Shown: piece by piece, positions 26,802-37,067 of the stretch
Position numbering within the stretch: the stretch's first letter is position 1
How the letters are laid out: the number at the start of each line of letters is the position of its first letter
NCBI GenBank assembly: GCA_958009085.1
Contig: OY253673.1
Span: forward strand, 1,240,001 to 1,304,000
From: Protoeuglena noctilucae
Lineage: Eukaryota
DNA length: 64,000 nt
Direction: 5' to 3'
Notes under the pieces: model-generated
The model's database searches: none
Seen by the model: only the letters and a program-made list of their open reading frames with translations
What the model was told of the DNA's origin: nothing
Program-made: the position numbers and the translations under genes

Positions 26802-28832
26802 TCATTCAAACCGCACGTGCCGGCGACGCCCGTGGCCGTCCCCCTCGCCATGCCGCCAGTCGTCTCTGTCACGCTTCCGCCCGCCGTGCCAGTCCTGCGC
26901 AGGCGCCTCGTGCCCGTACCCTCTCTGGCCTCTCTCATAGCCCCCCTGCTGCTTCTGCCAACCGTGGCCCCCATAGCCCCCGCCCCTGTTCTCGTAACCC
27001 CCCTGCTGCTGTTGCCAGTCCCCATAGCCCCCACCCCTGTGTTCATATCCCCCCTGCTGCTGTTGCCAGCCCCCGCCCATGTGTTCATACCCACCGTGGT
27101 GCTGCTGCCACCCCCCGTAGCCCCCACCCCGGTTTTGGTACCCCCCCTGTTGCTGTCGCCAGTTCCCATTACCCCCTCCTCGGTTCTCGTACCCCCCCTG
27201 ATGCCAGCCCTGCCCTCCCTGGTCCCTCTCGTACCCGTAGCCATTCCCATACTGACCTTGGGATACGAACTGTCCCGAATGCCCGCCTTGCGCGTGGGGA
27301 CAGTTCCTGGCGGTGTGGCCCACCGCGCCGCACTCGAAACACTGAATGCCCTGCTGCGCACCCCCGCAATCCCTCGCCATGTGCCCCACGCCCCCGCACT
27401 TGTAGCACGTGACCTCCGAGTCGTGTCCCCGGTGGTAATGCCCCCTCGCGTGAGACCTGAGACGCAGGGACAGGGGTTGATTTTGAGCCACCTTATCATG
27501 CCCCGCTATCGAGGCTCATGTCAAATGTTGCCTTTCCATAACCACTGCCCCACTCCCCATCAGCGCCCTCCCACTCGTCACCAGAGCTAATGCCAGGCAT
27601 TCCAAGGTCCAATCAAAAGTGTACTTTTTGTCTGGTTATTCACCTGGCGACCTCGGCCTGCTCCCTCTCCTGCTGCTCCCACTCCTGAGCCAGTCGCAGG
27701 CGGTAGGCGTGGGCCTCCCGGTAGCTCAGGCCCGGGCCGGCCAGGATGACGTCCGCGCCGCGGGGCCGCGGCTCGACGCAATCCGTGCCCCAGTGGCCGG
27801 ACTCGCCGCAGTTGAAGCACGAGGGGGCGGCGGGGGCAGGGTTGCGCCAGGGCGCGCAGCTGAGGTGGCCCTTGCGGCCGCAGACGATGCAGAAGACGCG
27901 GTCGAGGTCGGAGGGAGCGGGCGCGCGCTGGCAGCCGATGCCGGGGCGGAAGGCGTCCCCGGCACCGATGCTGCCGCACGTGGGGTCGCCGCACCGCATG
28001 CACGGGGCGGGGCCGTCCGGCTGGGGCGTGCGGCAGTCCCGCAGGACGTGGCCCCGCGCGCCGCACTTGAAACACACTGCGGAGATCGGGCGGGAGTTGC
28101 TTACATTCTCATTCCTGGCGCGGAGTGGCGGACGGCCCGGTACGGAGCGGGGCGGCATGCGCGGCCTGGAGCGCACCTTGGTTGGGGCACGCGTTCGCGT
28201 CGTGCCCTATCTCCGCGCACAAATGGCAGGGTCGGAGTTTCGGCGTCCCGCGGCACTCCCGGGCGATGTGGCCCTTCTCCCCGCAACGGTGGCACCGCGG
28301 CCCCGCCGAGGCCGCGAGCAGCACGTCCTCCGAGTCGAAGTAGCGCGGCACGCGAAGCGCAACGGCCAAGTCCTCATCGATCACCCGCGCCTCGTCGACC
28401 AGAATGACGCCGAGCGGCGCGGAGGCTGGACCGTTGCTCGCCGCACCTGCTCGAGAAAAAGCAGAGACAAAGCGGTGTCCCTGGGTTTCGGAACGCGTGC
28501 AGGGATGCATATAGGAAAGCACCGAGCTCGCTGTGGCTTGAGCGGCGGGGCGCGGTGGGCGCGGTGGGCGCCGGAAGGCGCGGCACACCGTCTGTCTTGA
28601 CTTTCGCCGCCTTGTCGCCCCCCGCCTCCGACACGTTGGCAAATGCGTTCCGGGAGGACTTCTTCTTCTTGTTCTTCTTCTTCGCGCGCTTCTTAATGCC
28701 ACCGTCCTCCCGAGGGCCCGCCGTCCTTGCAGCAGCCTTCCTCTCCACCAGCGTGCGCAGGGGATCCTCCTCCTCGCTGTCTACGTCTTCCTCGCGGTCG
28801 TCACCGCTGCCATCGCCACCACTTCCCCCCAT
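26802..28832 (-). CDS. CCHC zinc-knuckle RNA-binding protein (AIR1/2-ZCCHC7-like) with Gly/Gln/Tyr-rich tail
   Basis: An acidic then basic (KKKNKKKK) N-terminus, a PRYF motif and multiple CX2CX4HX4C knuckles (CHRCGEKGHIAREC, CFKCGARGHVLRDC, CFNCGESGHWGTDC, CYKCGGVGHMARDC, CFECGAVGHTARNC). Confidence 0.85.
26900..27240 (-). repeat. Coding tandem repeat of roughly 39-51 nt units encoding WQQQQGGYE(N/H)RGGGYG
   Basis: About 6 degenerate copies are visible in the last exon of the zinc-knuckle gene. Confidence 0.85.
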
Positions 28833-29100
28833 CAGAGCAACCTGCGCCACGCTGCTTGGAAAAACGGCGCTCGCCGTGGCATGTGGGGACGGCTGACGGC
28901 GTCGAGCGAAGATTCGTCAACAGAAATGCAGAGTGTAAGCGCTGATGTGTCCGTCTCGTCGAGGGGCTGCCCCGCCTGGCTCAGCACGCCCCCGAGTCGC
29001 CAGCACGTCTGACGAGGCCGGGCGCTTTTGATGCCCTTCCGCCGGGGCCCCGCGTCGCTGTTATTGTGGCTACGTGCCCGCCCTCGGCGTTGGACATGAT

Positions 29101-31412
29101 ATGAAGAAGAAGAAGGGCAAGGCGCAGAAGCGCAGCTTGGAGGGCCTCCCGGAGCGGCAGGGGAAGCGCCCAGACAAGGCGAGGGGCGTTTTTTGCGCGT
29201 CGATGCCTCTCATCACATCACAAGTAACCCAACGGTTCTGCGCCGCGGCCCCCAGATGCTCATATTCGTGGAATTTCCCCCCTCGCAGTACTTCTCCGGG
29301 AGCGAGGCCGCCCGCTACTCGACGAACGCGACAACCACTCGAATTCAGCGGGAGCTTGCGCGTCGCACTTACGAGCTGCTATGTCTGGCGCAGCCGTCCC
29401 TCGCGGGCGAGCGTGCGGTGGTGGCGGACCTCGGCTGCGGCGCGAGCCTGTGCGGGGCCCTGCTGGGCGACTGGCGGTGGGCGTGGCTCGGCGTCGACAT
29501 TAGCCGTGACATGCTCCAGCACGCCGGGCCCGACGCCGCGGGCCTCACCGCGTGCTGCGACATGGGCCAAGGCGTCCCGGTGCGACCCGCTAGCCCGCCA
29601 GCCCGCCCTCCCCTGCCCTTCACCCTGCACCACGCCCCCCGCGACCGCCGGCTCCCCCGCCTCCGCAGTTCCGAGCGGGGCTGCTCGACGCCGCCGTCAG
29701 CATCTCCTCCGTCCAGTGGGTGTGCCAGGCCTGCGACCGGTCCGAGTCTTTGGCACCTCTCCACCGCCTCTTCCACGACCTCTCCGCCTCGCTCCGTGCC
29801 GGCAGCCACGTCGTCTTTCAGGTGTACCTCGACGACGAGCGCTATTTCCGGTGGCTGCGCCGCGCCTGGCGCGCCCACGGCTTCGTGGGCGGGGCTTTCC
29901 TCGACTTTCCCCACAACAACGCCAGTCGCAAGGTGTTCCTGTGCCTGCTCCTGGAGCGTCCTTGCGAGGGTGCGGGGGCAGCGGGGGCCCAGCCGCCGTG
30001 CGAGGGGGCGGTGCAGGACGAGGCGGGGTGGCTGGCGAAGGGCGGGGCTGGCAGGAGTGGGGTGCCACCTGAGGGCGACGGGGCGCCAGCGGGGACGTCG
30101 GAGGAGCAGTCGGCAGCAGGGACGCTGCCCGGGGGCCGCGTCATGTCGCTGCCGGCGTGTCCGACAGCCTGGCCCCATCTGACGCCCTGCTGTGCGTCCT
30201 GGCACCTGTACTGGCACGCCTGGCACGCGCGCGAGGCAGCAGGAGGGCCGAGTTTAGGGGGTGAGGGAGGTTTGGCGGGGAGTGAGGTGGGGGGGGACGG
30301 TGCGGTGGCTGCAAGCGGGGAGGAGCAGGCGGGTGCAGGTGCAGGGGAGGTGGTAGGGCGGAGCGACGGGGCGGTGCTTTGTGCGGACGTGGTTCAGCCT
30401 TGGCTGCTGGGTAGGGAGGAGTCGGAATCGCTGCTGCCGGTGCGGCTGTTGACGGAGCACCGCAAGCTGTCCCAACGTCTGCTGAGGGTCTTTCGACGGG
30501 CTCTGGTGTCTAAGATGCCACCTGGTCCCGTGCATAATGGGCAGGGTTCGGCTGGGGAGGGCACTGGGTCGCAGGGCTTGGCAGCGGAGGCGGGGAGTGC
30601 GGGCGGCGAGGCGGGGGGTGCGACCGGGACAGGGCAGGGTGTTGATGGGGATTGCGTCAAGGGTGAGGCGGGGGCGTATACGTGGCTGGGTCGAGCGGAG
30701 GCATGGGGAGCGCCAGGGTGCGGGTGCCCGGTAGCCGTGTCCGTTCGTGACGCGACGGGGGCGGTCTTTGGGTCCGAGGGTCGTGCGGTTGCGGTGGGGG
30801 AGCAGGTGACCGGAGTGTCGCGTGGGGTGCTGGCGGGGCTGGGGCTGCGCGTGGGCCGAGTGACTGTAATCGCGGAGACGGGCGCGAGCGATGGGGATGC
30901 GGGGGAGGATGGCGATGCGGGGTCCCGAGAACACACGGCAAAGAAGCCCAAGCTCGCGTCCATGCATCTGCCCGAGCTCTCCGGGGTGCTCGCCGAGCGG
31001 GAGGGAGTGCAGGGCGTGCCAGTGCAGGCGCGGGTGCTGACGGGCGGAGAGATGAGCAAGACTCTCGTCATCACGGTGAGGGCATGTGTATGTACGCGGG
31101 TGCTGTTTGGGGTGGCCGTGGAGAACGTGCTCTGCGCAACCGCTTAAAGCAATACGTTTTGTTCGTCTATTCCACGCGCAGGTTGGGGCAGAGCCATTTT
31201 TGACATCGGCCCCGGGTCAGGGCGTGCGTGGTGCAAGTGACGCAGTGGCTGCAGCAACAAACGCGGTGCTGGGCAGGGTTGCTGCACTGGGGGCTGTCAG
31301 CGTGTCGGGGATCACGGTGGTGGCGGGACCTGACGGGCTGGCTGCCGGGCATGTGCTTATGTACATCCCCGGTGCATTGGACGCGGCAGATATCGCTCGG
31401 GCGGTGATTTGA
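29101..31412 (+). CDS. Bud23/WBSCR22-like SAM-dependent methyltransferase with long C-terminal extension
   Basis: PPSQYFSGSEAARY, ADLGCGASLCG, WLGVDISRDML, DMGQGVP|FRAGLLDAAVSISSVQWVC and GFVGGAFLDFPHNNASRKVFLCL align with the Bud23 motifs as recalled. The first intron has a GC donor (29179). Confidence 0.85.
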
Positions 31413-31579
31413 ATGAGAAAGAGAAACTGACAGGACTTTGCTCCTGTATGGTTCTGTTGTTGGGGAAGCCAGGATGGGCTAAGACGAGGCTCTCAGCGCA
31501 CACCTTCTCAGTGAGATAGGTGGGCGTGTAAGTCTTCTGCTGCCGTCCGTCTTAAGAGTTGAAGGGGTGACAGTTACTC

Positions 31580-33147
31580 CTAAAGCGTGAACAGGAGGCG
31601 CAGCATTCCGGAGAGATACTGAGCGATCTCCCCCGCGCCCAGCTTGCTCTGGCCGAACAGACGGTCCACAAAGACGATTGGCACCTCGGCCACCCACAGA
31701 CCCGAGGCCCTGGCGCGAACGATGATCTCCATCTGGAATGCGTAACCCTTGGAGACCATGGCCTCCATGATGGGCTCCAACGCAGACCGCCGGTACAGGC
31801 TGCGAGCGGAGGCAGAGGCGTGTGTGCGGTATGGAACGTGCTGCAGCAGAGGGCGCGCGAGAGGGAGCCCACGACGCATTCTGGGCGCAGCGAGGAACAA
31901 AGCGCAGGGAATGCATTTGGGACTCCTGGCTGTGACCTATGTGCCGGCATCGTCACCGATAAGACCCGGTCAGGTCCGACACGCCCGGCATGAGGAGCGT
32001 CTGTGCGAGAATGTTCGCGCCGTTGGACACGACCCTGCGCGACGTCGTCCAGCCGTACACGCCGCCGCCCGTCCGGTAGCGTGTCCCCGTCACGATGTCC
32101 GCCCCTGTCGTGCGCTGAGTTTCTGTCGGAGCACGGGCGAGGCGACGGTAGCCAGAGAACCAAGTCAAACACCACATCCAGGCACTTCTATCACAGCTGT
32201 TTCCACTACATGACACAGGGAGTGACACAGACACCGCGGAGGTGGCTGCAAAGCACGGTCCCCACTCCTGAGTCACGCAGTGATGCAGCATCTCACCCAA
32301 GAAAGCCCCTAGGTACTTGGGGTGGTGCGAGAGGTCTGCATCCATGAGGACAATCCAGTTCCCCTTAGCTGCGTGGATGCCAGCGCGGTACGCGGACCCC
32401 AGCCCCAGCTTGCCCTGCCGCTGCACCAACACCACTCGGTCGGTCCTGCGGGTGCAGCACGGTGCGCCAGTGCGACGACACGGCAGCTCGAGTCCCACTC
32501 TCGCGGTCTCCCAGCTCTCCGCTCTCCGGAGAGCACCGAGCACCGGTGGGTAGTGCAAGGGGCGAGTTATGCAACCACAACAGTCAACTGCCCTGGCTCA
32601 CCCGTACACGCCCTGCAGCGCCTTGACGGCGTCCGCCGTGCCATCCGGAGACCCGTCGTCGACCACCACGACCTCTCCCCGCTCTCCCAAGGACGAGAAG
32701 GTCTCCATGAGCAGGAATATCAAGACGGAGATGTTTTCACGCTCGTTGAACGTGGGGAGCACCACGGAGATCACATCCTCGCCCTTGCGGCTCACGGCAG
32801 GGCCCGACGAGACGCCCGGGTTGCGGAGCCTGCGCGGGTGGCTGCCGGGCGCTCAAGCCAGCCGCGCTGCGCCCCGCAGCCTGCACGGAGTTGGCGCGAC
32901 GAGCGGCCCACCTGCTGATGCCCGAGTTCAGCGGCAGCATGGCGGCCAGGGAGAGGACGAGGATGAGGATGAAGAGACGCCACAGCCCCGAACGCTGGCT
33001 CCCGGGTCCGTGGTTGAAGAGCTTGGAATGCGGACGGTCCAGGGCCGCGCCATCGCGCGTCCTGGGAGCACCGCGCCGATGATGAGGTGTGATGCACCCG
33101 CGCGGTGCGAAACAGCGCGAGAGCGAGACGACTGAAATACCGATCAT
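31580..33147 (-). CDS. DPM1: Dolichol-phosphate mannosyltransferase catalytic subunit (GT2)
   Basis: [49 protein letters not shown] and [10 protein letters not shown] across 5 exons. The start is either 33147 or 32940. Confidence 0.95.
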
Positions 33148-33791
33148 GCAGGGACCCGGGATCGCCGGGACGATCCCCCCGCGGCGCGGGGGGCCGGCGT
33201 GCCCACCCTGCGGCAGGCCGAAACTCGAACTGGCTCAATGGCGAGCCGAGCGGCGAGCCTGGAGACGGCCACGCACCCTCTTGGCGCAATCGTCATGGGC
33301 AGGAGCTCCTTGCCATTGCCTGCCATCGAGGCAAGCCGTGCGGGGCTGTGTTCGCTGCAATGTTCGTCTTTCTAGGACACGAAAGCAGCCTGGGGGTCGC
33401 GGCCCCTGGCCTCCTAAAGAGAACTTCCACCCCCGACGACGGCTATCGACGAACCAACAAAAGGACCATGGCTGTCATGGGCTGTCGTTCACGAGCGTAT
33501 GGACAACCAGGGGAGGAGGGGCAAAGTCGTGGGTATGCCAGCAAGAAAGCGCATGCTCTGAAGGTGGGCTGTCACCGATTGGCTCAATGGCCGTGATGCT
33601 GCTTTCTTCTGGCGCAACGGGGTCACCCCCCAAGTCGCCCATATTCCACGCCATTGCTCATGGCTCTCTTTGATCTCCCCCTGTAAGCTAGCCAGGAACC
33701 GCTTTGCCCATCAAAGGATCGTTGTTTCATCATCTCCTGCCTTTTTCATCCACAAAGTCACCTCCAGCCCATTCCGCCGCCTGCCGACAGC

Positions 33792-35743
33792 ATGTCGGCG
33801 TTGAGAGCGGGGCCGCATTGCTGCGCGGGTCGCCCGGCCACCTCCCGGCGTTGGGGGAGTGCCTGTGCGACCGCCGCTCGATCTGCGAGCTCGCGGTACC
33901 TTGCGCCCCCCCCGCGCGCGACTTCCAGGACGGCGCGATGGCAGCCACCCGAAATGACAGAGGAGCTTCGTAAGGAGAAGAGCGCGGGCAGGGAGACGTA
34001 CGCGCCGGACACATACGACGACCTTGTGAACGGTGACCAGCCGCGCCCCGTGCAGCCACCCGGGCAACGAGCTCGCCGGACGCCAGCGCGGCGTGCTTGA
34101 CGCGAGCGGTTTAGCGTCGGGCCTGCTCATCGTCCGCAGATGCGGTCTTGGCGGTGGAGTTCGCGATGAGGGACGGCGACAAGCGTCTGGAGGTCGAGTT
34201 CCCCGCCGGTGACCCTATCTGATGTCTGTACACATGTGCGATGCGTGTATTAGCTTATGCTTATTACGCACACGCGTTCTTTCTGCGCAGTGAACGTGGA
34301 CGGGTACAAGGGGGCTTCCGACACGTTTATCGACTCCAATGTGCAGCTGGCCATCTCGGCCGCCCGCAAGCTCATCGCGAGGTCCGGTGGGAAGGTTCAC
34401 GTGGTCCTCCCGGACGAGGGGGAGCTAAAGCGGTCTTCCAGGCAAGAGGCGTGACTGCAGACCGCTGCGCAGGGACTGCCGGACCCCATTCCGCTCAGCA
34501 CCCCGTCCACCTGCACGCCTCTCTCGCAGGATGTTTACCGCGGCGCTGGAGCAGATGGAGGGCGCCGTGACGCTCGGCTGTCTGTCTGGGCAGAAAGAGG
34601 TCCTTTCCTCTGGGTGGCTCGGCAACTATATCAAGTTCGGCACTCCAGAGCCCCAGGTGCGTGCGGGCGTGCGCGAATGGCCAGCCAGGGACAGTTGGGA
34701 CAGTTGCAGGACCCACATGCTCTGAGACGTACCCTAGCCCATGGGCTGCACGACGACCAGTGGGGCAACCAGTGGTACTGGCTGTGGCTGGCCCCAAAGG
34801 CCCCACCTTTGCCACTCGTCGCCGCAGTTCAACGACGAGAACCGAGAAGCCGACGTCTTTTTGGTGGTCAACTGCTCGACGTCCGAGCTGTCGGCGGTGG
34901 AGCGTTTCACGGAGAAGATCGCGGGCGACAAGGCGGTGGTGCTGTGGAACCTGGAGCTCGACACCCTCCGGGCCGACCTGGGACTCCTGGGCTTCCCTCC
35001 CAAGGACCTCCACTTCCGGTTCCTCTCCCAGTTCCGCCCCGTGGTGTGTGGCTAGTACCCCAGGGACCTGGGAAAACTCCAGGCATGCTCCCTTCGGTGC
35101 TCTCACTTTGGGTGTCGCTCTCCCAAAGCACCTCACGCAGCGTCTAACGCAGGCACTGCCATGCGACGCGTATCCATGTCTCTTACTTGTCCCATGCCCC
35201 TCACTTGTACCCCCGCTCTGCCTTTCCTCTTACACTCACCCCCCACCACCCACTCCCCTGCAGTTCTACATCCGCCAGCGCGACTACTCCAAGACGGTCA
35301 ACGTGGCTCCCTTCGTGATCAACTATTCCGGGGCGCTGTTCCGTGAATACCCCGGGCCCTGGCAGGTCATGCTGCGGCAGGACGGGGGGGTCTACGCGTG
35401 CGTGGCGGAGTCAGACAAGAGGTGAAGCATGCAGTGGCGTGGCCTGTCGGATGCAGCACGCTGCGTAGCAGCGGAATGACGGGACCCGCCGGGTTGACGG
35501 GCCGCGTGAGGGCACCAGCGGCGATGGCCAACAGCGGCGGGGTCTGACACGAGCGCATGCTGCGACTGCGTCTGCGTGTGCAGGTACACGCTCCAGGAGG
35601 TGAAGGAAGAGCTGATGGCTGCCATGGGTCTGAACACGGAGGCGGAAGGGACGCCCGAGTACGCCATCCGGCAGGGATTCAAGCGGTCGACGTGGTGGGA
35701 GGAGAACGAGGTGGACGAGATGTCCGACGTATGGAGGCGCTGA
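33792..35743 (+). CDS. LPA3: LOW PSII ACCUMULATION 3-like (DUF1995) chloroplast protein
   Basis: A transit-peptide-like N-terminus, then [52 protein letters not shown] and [17 protein letters not shown]. Seven exons. Confidence 0.92.
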
Positions 35744-35889
35744 GGAGCAAAGGGCGCGCTTGTTATTGAATGAAGAAATGCTTGGCCAGGGGTTGTGGGA
35801 ATAAATCCAAGGAAAGGGGCAGTGAAGGTTGCGCTGTGTGTGTCGTGGGTGCCGCCATGCAGCTGCAGAGGTGCACTCATGCGTGCGCC

Positions 35890-36881
35890 TCAGTCCTTGT
35901 TAGAGCTGGGCTTGAGGAGGGCACGCAGCTTGTCCACCAGGGCCCGCCCGTCCGGCAGGAACTTCGGGGTCTTCGCACGGTACTCCTCTGCGTGTGAAAC
36001 ACGAGCGCTCCCAAGGATCGATGCCACCACCCTTGGCCAGGGCGACAGCAGACAACGGCCATGGCTGGCGAAGCTCGGCGCATGCATGCGTGCGACCTTC
36101 TCACCGTAATCCGAGCCGAACTTTTCGACAAGGAACTGCTCCTCTCTTGCGGCTTTGAGGCTCAGCAGCCACCACAGGCCGGCGAGCGTGAGGGCCCGGG
36201 AGGGCGACTGGGTCAGCTCCGTGAAGCCGGCGGCCGAGAGCAGGAGGCCCGTGTAGAGTGGGTGCCTGCAGTGGGGACGTCCGGCATTTGGCCACATGCC
36301 TCGCACGCGCATTTGGCGACCGAAGCATGGCTCACGCACCTGGTGAGGGCGAAGGGGCCGGTTGTGACGAGCCGGGAGCCCTGCCGCGGCTTGGGCAGAG
36401 GAGAGAGAGAGTCAGTCATCGTTTCGGAACCCCACCAGATGAACACGGGGCCGGTGACCAGCAGCAGGACGCCCCCTGCCTGGGCCAACGTCCGCAGCTG
36501 AGGCGGGTCGATGAGCAGCACAGCGAACAGCACGAGCTGCCCGATGAAGTAGATCTCTCCGCGCTGTCCCAGCTCGGACGGGTCGACCAGCTCCTGAAAC
36601 AGTTGCTCCCACGCGTATTTGTCGCCAGCTGAGCCCCTGGGAGACGCTCAGGCTCATGCATCAGCCAACCAAACGCTCGGCTGCGCTGTAATGCACGGTT
36701 GTTGCGTGGCAACGCACTTTTCAGATGCCCGAACGATGCAGGCTGTGCGGCCTGCGCTCCCGTGGCGCAGCCCATTGCCTCCACGGCGCGTGTTCGTCCT
36801 GAGCCGCGATTCCTGCCGCTTGGAGCCCTGCCTGCCTGCCGCAATGGGCGCAGCCGCGCGGATAAATGATGCAGATGGCAT
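35890..36881 (-). CDS. Isoprenylcysteine carboxyl methyltransferase/PEMT-family membrane protein, probably plastid-targeted
   Basis: GQRGEIYFIGQ, SLSPLPKPR..LVTTGPF..RHPLYTG, KAAREEQFLVEKFG.DY..Y..KTPKFLP, and a transit-peptide-like first exon. Confidence 0.88.
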
Positions 36882-37067
36882 GGCTCGAGCTCGTCAAGCT
36901 CGATTACAACGACGGGAGATCGAGGGAGGACGAGGTTCGTGCTACAAAGCCAATCGACGAGGGGCGCGTCAGCAGCGCCTGCTTCGGCCGATATCACGCG
37001 CCCTTAATGTACAGACGTGGTGAAGTCAGGTCGCAAGCTTGTGCTGCAGGTGCAAGATTCAACGCCA

